In this document: in pieces, positions 12,580 to 22,173 of the stretch
Position numbering within the stretch: the stretch's first letter is position 1
How the letters are laid out: each line of letters starts with the position of its first letter
From: Longimicrobiales bacterium
GTDB taxonomy: Bacteria; Gemmatimonadota; Gemmatimonadetes; Longimicrobiales; Gaopeijiaceae
Length of the DNA stretch: 64,000 nucleotides
Assembly: GCA_963664435.2 (NCBI GenBank)
Contig: CAXXKM010000001.1
Coordinates: forward strand, 224,001-288,000
Direction of reading: 5' to 3'
Notes under the pieces: generated by a model
What the model saw: only the letters and a program-made list of their open reading frames with translations
Told to the model about the DNA's origin: nothing
Databases searched by the model: none
Program-made: the position numbers and the translations under genes

Positions 12580-13764
12580 ATGACCCAGCCCCTGCCCAGG
12601 ACGCCATCGCCGCGCCGCGGGCTCGGAACGCTCGCGATTCACGGGGGACAGGCGCCCGAGCCGCACACCGGGGCCATCATGCCTCCCATCTTCCAGACTT
12701 CGACCTACGTGCAGCCCGGACTCGACCAGGGCTGGGCCTACGACTACGCGCGCATCTCGAACCCTACCCGCGAAGCCCTGGAACGCAACCTCGCCGCTCT
12801 CGAAAAAGCGTCCCACGGAATCGCATTCGCGAGCGGGATGGCCGCCATCGATTGCGTGGCGCGACTGCTGTCGGCGGGCGATCACGCGGTCTGCGAGGAG
12901 AACACCTACGGCGGGACGACGCGGCTGGCCACGCAGGTCCTGAACCGGGCCGGCATCTCCTTCTCCTTCGTGGACTCGAGGGATCCGCAGCGAATCCGGG
13001 ACGCGCTCCGGCCGAACACGCGGCTGGTGCTCCTCGAGAGCCCCACCAACCCCATGATGCGCCTGTGCGACCTCCGCGCGGCCGCCGAGGCGACCCGCGA
13101 CGCGGGCGTGCTTCTGTGCGTGGACAACACCTTCGCGACGCCCGTGAACCAGCGCCCCCACGAGACGGGCGCGGACATCGTGATGCACTCGACCACGAAG
13201 TACCTGAACGGCCACAGCGACATCATCGGCGGGGCTCTTACGGTGCGCGACCCGGACCTGGACGACCGTTTGCGCTTCCTGCGCAAGTCCACCGGCGCCG
13301 TCCCCGGCCCCATGGACTGCTGGCTCTGCCTGCGCGGCGCCAAGACCCTGCACGTGCGCATGCGCGAGCACAACGCCAACGGGCTGGCGGTGGCGCGCTT
13401 CCTGGAGGCCCATCGGGCCGTCGACGAGGTGTACTATCCGGGCCTGGCCTCCCACCCGCAGCACGAACTCGCGGCACGCCAGATGACCGGGTTCAGCGGC
13501 ATGGTGTCCGTCACCCTGCCGACCGAGGACGCCGTGCGGCGGCTGGTGGAGGGCACGCGCATCTTCGCGCTCGCGGAGAGCCTGGGAGGGGTGGAATCGC
13601 TCATCTCGGTGCCCGCGCTCATGACCCACGCGTCGGTGCCCCGCGAGCGCAGGGAGGAGATGGGGGTCAGCAGCCGCCTGGTGCGGCTGTCGGTGGGAAT
13701 CGAGGATCCGCGGGACCTGCTCGAAGACCTGGACCAGGCTCTGTCCCGCGGGTCCGGCGGCTGA
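12580..13764 (+). CDS. Cystathionine gamma-lyase/synthase (Cys/Met metabolism PLP enzyme)
   Basis: PPIFQTSTY, YARISNPTR, VDNTFATP, HSTTKYLNGHSD, AESLGGVESL. Confidence 0.93.
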   Translation: MTQPLPRTPSPRRGLGTLAIHGGQAPEPHTGAIMPPIFQTSTYVQPGLDQGWAYDYARISNPTREALERNLAALEKASHGIAFASGMAAIDCVARLLSAGDHAVCEENTYGGTTRLATQVLNRAGISFSFVDSRDPQRIRDALRPNTRLVLLESPTNPMMRLCDLRAAAEATRDAGVLLCVDNTFATPVNQRPHETGADIVMHSTTKYLNGHSDIIGGALTVRDPDLDDRLRFLRKSTGAVPGPMDCWLCLRGAKTLHVRMREHNANGLAVARFLEAHRAVDEVYYPGLASHPQHELAARQMTGFSGMVSVTLPTEDAVRRLVEGTRIFALAESLGGVESLISVPALMTHASVPRERREEMGVSSRLVRLSVGIEDPRDLLEDLDQALSRGSGG

Positions 13765-13794
13765 TGGACTCCCGGAATTACGCCGCAATGGTGC

Positions 13795-13823
13795 CGAAAC
13801 CTCGGTTCCGGGCGGGGCGTACG
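13795..13823 (+). promoter_or_regulatory. ECF-sigma-type promoter upstream of the M48 peptidase gene
   Basis: CGAAAC-N17-CGTACG; matches two copies at the ECF locus. Confidence 0.6.
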
Positions 13824-13904
13824 AGAACCGACCACGGCGGGGGGGAGCCCGGCGCGGCCGACACGAATACCAGGACGCGAGGCGTCCGCTAAAGGAGAAT
13901 CACC

Positions 13905-14936
13905 ATGGACGGTTCTGACGCAGGCCGTGGCAACGGCGCGGCCGAGAACGCCAATGGAAACGACGGCGGCGCACCCCACGCACACGCGCGCCGCATCCTC
14001 ACGGGCATATCGTCGCGTTCGTGGGAACACCCCGCGGATCGCGCGGCCCTGGCCGCACTGCGCAAGCTGCCCGTCTTCGACGAAGTCCTGAAGACCCTCT
14101 TCGGCTTTTTCGGCGAAAAGCCCATCCGGCTCGCGTTCCAGGCGAACGCGCTACGGGTGAGCGAACGCCAGTACGGCCACATCTACGAGCGCTACCGGGA
14201 CATCGTGGAGACGCTGGACACCGAGGAGTACCCGCTCTACGTCTCCCAGACGCCGATGGCCAACGCCGGCGCCTACGGAATGGATCAGCCCTTCATCATC
14301 CTCAACTCGGGGACGGTCCTGATCCTGAACGATGACGAACTGTCCTTCATACTGGGTCACGAAGTGGGCCACATCATGAGCGGCCACGTGCTGTACCGCA
14401 CGATGATGGTGCTGCTGATCCAGCTCGCCAGCCTCGGGTTCCCGATCGTCGGACTCGCCGCGCGCGCCGTGCTCATGGGGCTGCTGGAGTGGTCCCGCAA
14501 GAGCGAGCTCTCGTCGGACCGCGCCGGCCTGCTCTCCATCCAGGACGCGGATGTCGCCATGAGCGCCATGATGAAGATGGCGGGCGGCGGCACCACTTCG
14601 GACCTCAACCTCGGCGAGTTCGTGCGCCAGGCCGAGGACTACCGCGAGGGCGGAGATGTGGCCGACCACGTCTTCAAGGTGCTCAACCTGCTCGGCGTGA
14701 CCCATCCGTTCTGGGTCCTGCGGCTCTCCGAGATCCGGAGCTGGATCGAGAGCGGCGAGTACGACCGCATCGTGGCGGGAGAGTACCCGCGCCGCGACGA
14801 CCCCGACCCGTCGTACCGCGACGACATTTCCTCGGCGGCCGAGGCCTACGCGGAGGAGGCCCGCAGCTTCATCGGATCCGTGCGCGGGGCGGCCCGCAGG
14901 ATGGGCGGCTCGATCAGGGACAACATCCGCAGATAG
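13905..14936 (+). CDS. M48-family zinc metallopeptidase (HtpX/Ste24-like)
   Basis: GHEVGH (HExxH), WSRKSELSSDRAG, THP; AAGGAG SD. Confidence 0.9.
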   Translation: MDGSDAGRGNGAAENANGNDGGAPHAHARRILTGISSRSWEHPADRAALAALRKLPVFDEVLKTLFGFFGEKPIRLAFQANALRVSERQYGHIYERYRDIVETLDTEEYPLYVSQTPMANAGAYGMDQPFIILNSGTVLILNDDELSFILGHEVGHIMSGHVLYRTMMVLLIQLASLGFPIVGLAARAVLMGLLEWSRKSELSSDRAGLLSIQDADVAMSAMMKMAGGGTTSDLNLGEFVRQAEDYREGGDVADHVFKVLNLLGVTHPFWVLRLSEIRSWIESGEYDRIVAGEYPRRDDPDPSYRDDISSAAEAYAEEARSFIGSVRGAARRMGGSIRDNIRR

Positions 14937-14953
14937 GCCCCGGGACCACTGGC

Positions 14954-16231
14954 ATGCGCATTCTGATCGTCGGGAACGGAGGGCGCGAGCACGCACTCCT
15001 CTGGAAGCTCCGCGCGGACGCGCCCGAGGCCCGCTTTCACGCGACGCGCCCCAACGCCGGGATGGCGGGACTGGCGCGGGCGGTCGACATCTCTCCGGCG
15101 GACGTGGAGGCGCTGACTTCATGGGCCGAATCACACCGGATGGACCTGGTTGTGATCGGCCCGGAGGTCCCGCTCGCGCTCGGCCTCGCTGACCGCCTGG
15201 AGGCGGCGGGTGTGCCCGCATTCGGACCCTCGCGGGCAGCGGCGCGCATCGAATCGAGCAAGGCGTTCGCCAAGGACCTCATGAGCGCCGCGGGCGTGCC
15301 CACGGCCGGATACCGCGTCTTTACCGACGCGGGGCGCGCCGAGGCGTACGTCATGGAGGGGGGCGGGCCGTGCGTGGTGAAGGCCTCCGGCCTGGCAGCC
15401 GGCAAGGGCGCGATCGTGTGCGACGACCCGGATGAGGCCTGCGACGCGATCCGGCGGATGCTCGTGGAGGGAAGCATGGGCGATGCCGGCCGCGAGGTCG
15501 TGATCGAAGAACGCATGACCGGCGAGGAGCTCAGCGTCTTCGCCCTCGCCGACGGTCAACGGGCCGTCCCGCTGGTGGCCTCGCAGGATCATAAGCGGAT
15601 CGGCGAGCGCGACACCGGGCCCAACACCGGCGGCATGGGGGCGTATGCGCCCGTCTCCCTGGCCACCGCCGAGTTGATCGCGCGGGTCGGCGACGAGATC
15701 CTGGATCCCGTGCTGCACGCCCTCGCCGAGGCCGGATGTCCCTTCCGCGGGCTCCTGTACGCGGGCCTGATGCTTACGGACCAGGGTGCCAGGGTGGTCG
15801 AGTTCAACTGCCGCTTCGGGGATCCGGAGACCCAGGTCGTGCTGCCTCTGCTCGAGGGTTCCCTGCTCGATCCGATGATGGCGGTCGCCGACGGGAGCGG
15901 GTTGTCGGGCTACCAGGCCGAGGCGATGGCGGGAGCCGCGGTGACCACCGTGCTGGCAGCCGAGGGATACCCGGGATCGTATCGGACGGGCGCGGCCATG
16001 GAGATCCCCGAATCGCTGGCCGGCGACCCGGACGTGCTGCTCTTCCACGCGGGCACCCGGAGCCAGGAAGGTGCGGTGCTGACCGCGGGGGGGCGCGTGC
16101 TCGCCGCGACCGGACTCGGCAACACGCTGGCGGAGGCCGCGGAGCGTTCCCGGCGCGCCGCGCGCGAGATCCGCTTTGAAGGCAAGTACTTCCGTTCCGA
16201 CATCGGATGGCGCGAACTGGCGAGAAGCTGA
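14954..16231 (+). CDS. purD: Phosphoribosylamine-glycine ligase
   Basis: GNGGREHAL, GPEVPL, KASGLAAGKG, QDHKR, GPNTGGMGAY, EFNCRFGDPE. Confidence 0.98.
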   Translation: MRILIVGNGGREHALLWKLRADAPEARFHATRPNAGMAGLARAVDISPADVEALTSWAESHRMDLVVIGPEVPLALGLADRLEAAGVPAFGPSRAAARIESSKAFAKDLMSAAGVPTAGYRVFTDAGRAEAYVMEGGGPCVVKASGLAAGKGAIVCDDPDEACDAIRRMLVEGSMGDAGREVVIEERMTGEELSVFALADGQRAVPLVASQDHKRIGERDTGPNTGGMGAYAPVSLATAELIARVGDEILDPVLHALAEAGCPFRGLLYAGLMLTDQGARVVEFNCRFGDPETQVVLPLLEGSLLDPMMAVADGSGLSGYQAEAMAGAAVTTVLAAEGYPGSYRTGAAMEIPESLAGDPDVLLFHAGTRSQEGAVLTAGGRVLAATGLGNTLAEAAERSRRAAREIRFEGKYFRSDIGWRELARS

Positions 16232-16306
16232 CTTCCCCGTCCGATCCCGGAGCGGGCAACGCCCGGCCGCGCAACCTCGACAACCTTATCGAAAGAAAGA
16301 GAAACC

Positions 16307-16615
16307 ATGATCATTACGACCACGCCAACACTGGAAGGACGTCCGGTGCGCGACTATCTCGGCATCGTCACCGGGGAGGCGATCATCGGCGCCAACATCT
16401 TCAAGGATCTGTTCGCGGCCGTCCGGGATGTCGTGGGCGGACGCTCCAGCGCATATGAGCGCGCGCTGAGCAACGCACGCGCACACGCCCTGCGCGAGAT
16501 GGCCGAGCGCGCCGCCGACCGGGGCGCCAACGCGGTCGTGTCCGTCGATCTGGACTACGAGGTGATCAACAACATGCTCATGGTGACCGCAGCGGGCACC
16601 GCCGTGGAGACGTGA
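16307..16615 (+). CDS. YbjQ / UPF0145 family protein
   Basis: [40 protein letters not shown]. Confidence 0.92.
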   Translation: MIITTTPTLEGRPVRDYLGIVTGEAIIGANIFKDLFAAVRDVVGGRSSAYERALSNARAHALREMAERAADRGANAVVSVDLDYEVINNMLMVTAAGTAVET

Positions 16616-16708
16616 GCCCCGCCTCCTCTCGGGGGGCGGCCCGCCGCCCCATGAGTGAGTCCCGACGCCATAGTTCACCCTCACCCTCCTCCAGCCGCAA
16701 GGGTCAGA

Positions 16709-17539
16709 CTGCCCGAACTTCCTGAAGCAGAGACGATCGCGCGCGGCCTCGCGCCGCACCTCGCCGGCCGGACGATCTCCGGCGTCAGCGTACGGCGACC
16801 CGATCTGCTGTCGGAACCGGCCGGCGCCTTCGCCCTCGGGCTGAACGGCGCCAGGATCGACCAGGTGGGGCGAAGGGGCAAGAACGTGGTGTGGTTCTGC
16901 TCCCGGGACACGATTCTGGTCATCAATCTGGGAATGACCGGCCGCCTGCTGTTCCATCCGCGCGGCGACCCAACCCCGCTCCCCGTCCACACGGGCGTCA
17001 TCTTCGATCTGGCCGGAGGCGACGCGGCGGTCTACAGCGATGTGCGCCGATTCGGGCGGCTGCAGCGTTTCTCCGGACGCTCCTGGCGCCGCTGGTCGCG
17101 CACGCTGGGGCTCGAACCGCTCAGCCGTTCCTTCACCGCCCGCCGTCTGGAAGTCGAACTCGCCCGCTCCCGCTCCCCGATCCGTTCGTGGCTGCTCGAC
17201 CAGCGGCGCGTGGCCGGGATCGGCAACATCTACGCGAACGAGGCGCTGTTCCTCGCCGGCATCCATCCGGCCGTGCCGGCGCGCGCGATTCCGGCGACAA
17301 AGGTCGCGCCGCTCCACCGATCCATACGCAGGGTGCTGCGGGCCGCCATCGCCGCCTGCGGCACGACCCTGCGGGACTACCGCGACCCCGCCGGGCTGGA
17401 AGGATCGTTCGGTCCCCGTCTGGTGATATACGGTCGAGAAGGCCAGCCTTGTGTGAAGTGTCCAGGAGTTGTCCTGAGGACGGTGATCGGTAACCGATCG
17501 GCGTTCCATTGTCCCCGCTGCCAGCCGCCGCCCCAATGA
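16709..17539 (+). CDS. mutM: Formamidopyrimidine-DNA glycosylase (probable CTG start)
   Basis: PELPEAET, RRGK, LGMTG, DVRRFG, LLDQ..VAGIGNIYANE, C-terminal zinc finger CVKC...CPRCQ. Confidence 0.95.
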   Translation: MPELPEAETIARGLAPHLAGRTISGVSVRRPDLLSEPAGAFALGLNGARIDQVGRRGKNVVWFCSRDTILVINLGMTGRLLFHPRGDPTPLPVHTGVIFDLAGGDAAVYSDVRRFGRLQRFSGRSWRRWSRTLGLEPLSRSFTARRLEVELARSRSPIRSWLLDQRRVAGIGNIYANEALFLAGIHPAVPARAIPATKVAPLHRSIRRVLRAAIAACGTTLRDYRDPAGLEGSFGPRLVIYGREGQPCVKCPGVVLRTVIGNRSAFHCPRCQPPPQ

Positions 17540-19140
17540 CCATCACGTGGATGAATCCGCCCGCGCACCGAGAGCGGCGAGGCGCCGAGCCGGCAAGGCG
17601 CTCCCGGGGCCGAACGGCCGCGCGGTTCCGCAGGCGCTCGGCATGGCTCCTTCCGACCGTGATCCTGGCTTCGCTCGGCTCGGGTCCAGGGCCGGCCTCG
17701 GGCCAGGACGGCATCGTTCCCGACCTGCCGGTGCGGGAGCTGACGCTCGATAACGGGCTGCGCCTTCTCATTCTGCCGCGGCCCTCGGCTCCCACGGTGG
17801 CGTTCGTCGTCGAGTACGCGGTGGGGGGCGTGAACGAGACGCTCGGGTCGACCGGCACGGCCCATCTCCTCGAGCACATGCTCTTCAAGGGCACCACCAC
17901 GGTCGGCACCCGCGACGCGGAGGCCGAGATCGATCTCTTCGCGCGCATGGATGCCGCGCACGACTCCCTGGTCGTCGAGTCGTCCCGGACGGCACCCGAC
18001 ACCGCCCGCCTCGGGACGCTCCGGGAACGCGTGACTGCCTACGAGGGACAGGCGCAGATCCCGGTGGTGTCCAACGAGTTCAGCCGCATCCTCAACCGCA
18101 ACGGAGCCCGCAACCTCAACGCGACCACCTCCTCGGAGGCCACCACCTATTTCGTCGAACTGCCGGCCAACCGCGCCAAGCTGTGGTTCCTGCTCGAGAG
18201 CGACCGGGCCCACAACCCCGTCTTTCGGGAGTTCTACACCGAGCGCGACGTGGTCATGGAGGAGCGCCGTACCCGGGTCGACACCAACCCGGGCGGCCTG
18301 CTCCACGAGGTCCACCTGGCAACGGCGTTTCTGATGCACCCGTACGGGGTTCCGGTGGTCGGTTACATGTCCGACCTGGAGCGGCTGTCGCGACGCCACG
18401 TCGAGGAGTACCACCGGCGCTACTACGGAGCCCGCAATGCCGTGGTCGCGATCGTGGGCGACGTTGTGGCGGATTCGATCGCAGCCTGGGCGCAGGACTA
18501 CCTGGGCGGCATCCGCCCCGGCGACCCCCCGCCCCCGGTCCTCGCCGTCGAGCCCCCGCAACGCGGCGAGCGCCGGGTGGAGCTGGTGATGGACGCCGAG
18601 CCGCAGCTGCGGGTGGGGTGGCATACGGTGAGCGGGCATCACCCGGACAGCCCGGCGCTGACCATGCTGGCGTCCGTGCTGTCGGGGCGGCGCACCTCCC
18701 GCCTCTACCGGCGCCTGGTCACCGAGGACCGCCTGGCCGCCGCGGTCACCGCATCCACCGTGCCCGGATCGCGCTTCCCCGGACAGTTCGTGATTCACGT
18801 AACGCCTCGCGCTCCGGGCACGCCCGCCGACATCGAGGCGGCGCTCTACGAAGAAATCGAGCGCCTCGCGCTGGAGCCTCCCGAACAAAGGGAGCTGCAA
18901 CGAGTGCGCAACCAGCTGGTGGCGTCCGGCGTGCGCCGGCTGCAGTCCAACCTGGGCCTCGCGCTTCAGCTCGCCGGCTCGGTCACCCGCTCCGGAAACT
19001 GGCGGGCCACCTTCGAGCGGACGGCGCTGCTCTACGAAGTCCAGCCCGCCGACGTGCAGCGGGTGGTGCAGACCTACTTCACGCGCGACAACCGTACCGT
19101 CGCCACCCTCTTGAAGCGCACCGGGGACACGGACCCGTGA
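17536..19140 (+). CDS. M16-family zinc peptidase, catalytic subunit, probably secreted
   Basis: LDNGL, GTAHLLEHMLFKGT (HxxEH), ERDVVMEERR; N-terminal hydrophobic segment; start position uncertain. Confidence 0.9.
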   Translation: MTITWMNPPAHRERRGAEPARRSRGRTAARFRRRSAWLLPTVILASLGSGPGPASGQDGIVPDLPVRELTLDNGLRLLILPRPSAPTVAFVVEYAVGGVNETLGSTGTAHLLEHMLFKGTTTVGTRDAEAEIDLFARMDAAHDSLVVESSRTAPDTARLGTLRERVTAYEGQAQIPVVSNEFSRILNRNGARNLNATTSSEATTYFVELPANRAKLWFLLESDRAHNPVFREFYTERDVVMEERRTRVDTNPGGLLHEVHLATAFLMHPYGVPVVGYMSDLERLSRRHVEEYHRRYYGARNAVVAIVGDVVADSIAAWAQDYLGGIRPGDPPPPVLAVEPPQRGERRVELVMDAEPQLRVGWHTVSGHHPDSPALTMLASVLSGRRTSRLYRRLVTEDRLAAAVTASTVPGSRFPGQFVIHVTPRAPGTPADIEAALYEEIERLALEPPEQRELQRVRNQLVASGVRRLQSNLGLALQLAGSVTRSGNWRATFERTALLYEVQPADVQRVVQTYFTRDNRTVATLLKRTGDTDP

Positions 19141-20627
19141 TCAGGCTCGGGCCGGGAAGCCGGGCAGCGATCGCCGTGCTCGCCGCAATGGCGGCCACGG
19201 CGGAGGGGGTGACCGCGCAGAGGCCACCCGCGGACCGGGAGGCGATCGAGGCGCTTCGGTTCGCCCCGCTGTCCTTCACCCCGCCCGCCGCTGCGGAGCG
19301 CGAGATCGAAGGCGTGACCGTCTTCTTTCTGGAGGACCACTCCCTGCCCCTCGTCAATGTCTACGCGCGCTTTGCGGGCGGTTTCGGACGCTTCGACCGC
19401 GAACTCTACGCCGCCGCCACCGCTCTCCCCTCGCTGCTGCGTTTCGGAGGAACGATCGAACTGCACCCCGATTCCGTGGATGAACAGGTCGACCAGCACG
19501 CGCTGCAACTCGCGTTCGGATCCGCGGGCGGGAGCACCTCCGCCACCCTCAACACGCTCACCGCCAACCTGGAGGCGGGCCTGGCCCTGTGGAAGGACAT
19601 GCTCCTCCATCCCCGCTTCGATTCGGTGCAGGTGGAGGTGTGGCGAGGCCAGGAACTGGAGAGCGCCCTGCGCCGCCCCGACGACCCCGGACGACTCGCC
19701 TTCTCCGAGTTCAACCGGCTCATGTTCGGCGACCACCCGATCGGCTGGGAAATGGGACCCGGCGATCTCGAGCCGGAGGATCTCTCGCGGGAAAACCTGC
19801 TCGCCGCCCATGGACGGATCCTGTGCCGGGACAACCTGACGCTGGGAGTCTCGGGCAACCTGGAGTGGGCGGCAGTCGAGCCCCACCTGCGCGGGTTTCT
19901 TTCCGGATGGCCCGCCTGCGAGGGGACGCTGCCCGAACCGCCGGTGCCCGACATCCTGGACGAGCCGGGGATCTACCTGATTCCGCGGGAGCTGGAGCAG
20001 ACGACCATCGTCATGGCACACCGCAGCTCGATCCGCCAGGCGGACTCGCGCGAGTACTTCGCCTCGCGCATCGCCAACTCCATCCTCGGATCCGGGGGCT
20101 TCTCGAGCCGCATCCTCAACCGGGTGCGCACCGAACTGGGCCTCTCCTACAGCGCGGGCTCCTTCTGGACCACCCCCGACGACAACGACGGCATCGTGGG
20201 CGCCCTGACGCGAACGAAGGGCGAGTCGACGATCGCCGCGACGCGGGCGATCCTCGACGTGATGGAGGAGATGCGCAACGCGCCGCCGGGGCGTGACGAA
20301 GTGGAAGCCGCGGTGGAGGCGGCCACCAACGGCTTCTCATTCAACTTCCAGGGGGCGATGCAGGTCGTGTCCCGGCGCGTGCTGCAAGAGGCTCAGGAGC
20401 TGCCGGAAGATTGGCTGGAGCGGTATGTGGCGGGGGTGCAGCGGGTTTCTCCCGGCGACGTGCACAACGTCCTTCGGAGGCACCTGGACCCGGAGCGAAT
20501 GGTCATCCTCATCCTCGGGGACCCGGCACGGTTCGACCTGCCCGTCGAGACGCTGGGGGCGGTGACGGTCTGGGAAGTGGAGGGAATCTCCGACCCGGTC
20601 CCGCCGGTCGGACCGCCGCCCGGGTGA
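19137..20627 (+). CDS. M16-family peptidase, non-catalytic partner subunit
   Basis: EDHSLPLV, GGFSSRILNRVRTELGLSY; lacks HxxEH; GTGA overlap with the upstream stop. Confidence 0.87.
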   Translation: MIRLGPGSRAAIAVLAAMAATAEGVTAQRPPADREAIEALRFAPLSFTPPAAAEREIEGVTVFFLEDHSLPLVNVYARFAGGFGRFDRELYAAATALPSLLRFGGTIELHPDSVDEQVDQHALQLAFGSAGGSTSATLNTLTANLEAGLALWKDMLLHPRFDSVQVEVWRGQELESALRRPDDPGRLAFSEFNRLMFGDHPIGWEMGPGDLEPEDLSRENLLAAHGRILCRDNLTLGVSGNLEWAAVEPHLRGFLSGWPACEGTLPEPPVPDILDEPGIYLIPRELEQTTIVMAHRSSIRQADSREYFASRIANSILGSGGFSSRILNRVRTELGLSYSAGSFWTTPDDNDGIVGALTRTKGESTIAATRAILDVMEEMRNAPPGRDEVEAAVEAATNGFSFNFQGAMQVVSRRVLQEAQELPEDWLERYVAGVQRVSPGDVHNVLRRHLDPERMVILILGDPARFDLPVETLGAVTVWEVEGISDPVPPVGPPPG

Positions 20628-20659
20628 CGCGGCGGCATCCGGGCCCGCCGCCCTCCCGG

Positions 20660-21388
20660 CTACCTCACGCCCACGTGGATCGCCGCGATCCCGAAGGTCA
20701 GGAGTTGCCACCGGACGGTCCGGAAGCCCGCATCGAGGAATTCCCGCCCCAGCGCCTGCGGGCCCGGAAACTCACCGACCGAGGCCGGCAGATAGCTGTA
20801 TGCCCAGCGGTGCCCCGACACGATCCGGCCGACCGCCGGAAGGATGTGCCGGAAGTACCAGAGATATGCGGCCCGGACGATCGGGTTCGGGGGAATGGTG
20901 AACTCGAGAACGACCAGAGGGCTCCCTTCGCGCAGGACCCGGCGCAGCTCCGCCAGCCCCACACCGAGGCCGGAGAGATTCCGCACCCCGAAGGCCACCA
21001 TGGCGCCGTCGAAGGACTCGTCCGCAAAGGGCAGTCGCTGCGCGTCGCCGCACAGCGGATGCACGGGCAGGCGGGCGCTCTTCCTCCCGCCCCTGCGCAG
21101 CATGGGCTCCGCGAAATCGAGCGCCACCACTCTGCCCCGAAAGTCCTTGCGAGTGGCCAGTTCGATGGCCAGGTCGCAGGTGCCCGCGCAGGCATCCAGG
21201 TACCGCGCCGAGTCGTGACGGGAATAGTCGAGCGCGCGCACGGCCCGGCGACGCCACCACCGATCGACGCTCAGGCTGAGCACGCGATTGAGGAGGTCGT
21301 ATCGAGGCGCGATGCGCGAGAAGATCTCGTGCACCTGGCGCGCTCGATCCTCGCCCGACGACGGCTGCGCTTCGGAAACGTTCATCAT
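20660..21388 (-). CDS. menG: Demethylmenaquinone/ubiquinone methyltransferase (MenG/UbiE)
   Basis: FSRIAPRYDLLNRVLS, LDACAGTCD, DAQRLPF, AFGVRN, YSYLPASV. Confidence 0.93.
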   Translation of the reverse strand: MMNVSEAQPSSGEDRARQVHEIFSRIAPRYDLLNRVLSLSVDRWWRRRAVRALDYSRHDSARYLDACAGTCDLAIELATRKDFRGRVVALDFAEPMLRRGGRKSARLPVHPLCGDAQRLPFADESFDGAMVAFGVRNLSGLGVGLAELRRVLREGSPLVVLEFTIPPNPIVRAAYLWYFRHILPAVGRIVSGHRWAYSYLPASVGEFPGPQALGREFLDAGFRTVRWQLLTFGIAAIHVGVR

Positions 21389-21401
21389 CGATTCTCGTAC
21401 G
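21374..21401 (+). promoter_or_regulatory. Autoregulatory ECF promoter upstream of the sigma gene
   Basis: GGAAAC-N16-CGTACG, 25 nt before the sigma ATG; resembles the B. subtilis SigW consensus TGAAAC-N16/17-CGTA. Confidence 0.65.
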
Positions 21402-21426
21402 GCACGTCGCGAACCTCATCCGGCGG

Positions 21427-22017
21427 ATGTCCTTGAACTACCAGAGCGTCGAAGACGCGGAGCTCGTCACCCTCGCCGCCCAGGGTCGCGAGGGTGCCTA
21501 TCGCGAGCTGCTCTCCCGATACCAACGCCCCGTCTTCTCCCTCATCTACCGGATGGTGAGGAACCGCACGGTCGCCGAGGACCTGGCGCAGGAAGCCTTC
21601 ATCCGCACCTTCAACGCGATCGATACCTACAATCCCAAGTACAAGTTCTCCAGCTGGATCTTCAAGATCGCAAACAACCTGACCATCGATCATCTGCGCA
21701 AGCGGCGCGTGCCCACGGTTTCCATGCACGGTGCCCCGGACGCGGTCACCCCGGAGGCCCAGGCGCGCACCAGCCTGGTGGTGCGTTCGCCCGGAGAGAG
21801 CCCCGAGGAATACGTTGAGAACCGCGAGCTCGCCGGCCAGATCGAAGCCGCTATCGGGGAGCTGCGCGAGGAGTATCGGGTGGTCGTGTTGCTCCGCCAC
21901 ATCGAGGGACACACCTACGACGAGATCGCCCGCATCATGGAGATCCCGCTGGGCACGGTAAAGACGTACCTTCACCGGGCCAGGGCCGAGCTCAAGCTTC
22001 GGCTCGCGGAGGCATGA
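21427..22017 (+). CDS. ECF RNA polymerase sigma factor (SigW/RpoE-like)
   Basis: AEDLAQEAFIR, KFSSWIFKIANNLTIDHLRKR, YDEIA...PLGTVKTYLHRAR. Confidence 0.95.
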   Translation: MSLNYQSVEDAELVTLAAQGREGAYRELLSRYQRPVFSLIYRMVRNRTVAEDLAQEAFIRTFNAIDTYNPKYKFSSWIFKIANNLTIDHLRKRRVPTVSMHGAPDAVTPEAQARTSLVVRSPGESPEEYVENRELAGQIEAAIGELREEYRVVVLLRHIEGHTYDEIARIMEIPLGTVKTYLHRARAELKLRLAEA

Positions 22018-22034
22018 TTCGATGCTCATGGACG

Positions 22035-22063
22035 CGAAACTTCCCGCAGGTTCGTGCCGTACG
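22035..22063 (+). promoter_or_regulatory. Internal ECF promoter between the sigma and anti-sigma genes
   Basis: CGAAAC-N17-CGTACG in the 156-bp gap. Confidence 0.62.
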
Positions 22064-22173
22064 CCGGGAGAGCCGATGCAAGGCATGGGTGACTGGACTA
22101 CGATAACCCCGGATCCGGGAGATCCCGCGAGGATGGGAACGCCACGACAGGCGGAGGCAGGGGCAGGCCGCAG

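Noticed and set aside
11080..13788. 902-aa ORF suggesting a GlmM fusion
   Set aside because: The N-terminal half is the antisense shadow of the cystathionine lyase; GlmM begins near 12471.
16616..16650. GC-rich hairpin after ybjQ as an intrinsic terminator
   Set aside because: Imperfect stem and no U-tract.
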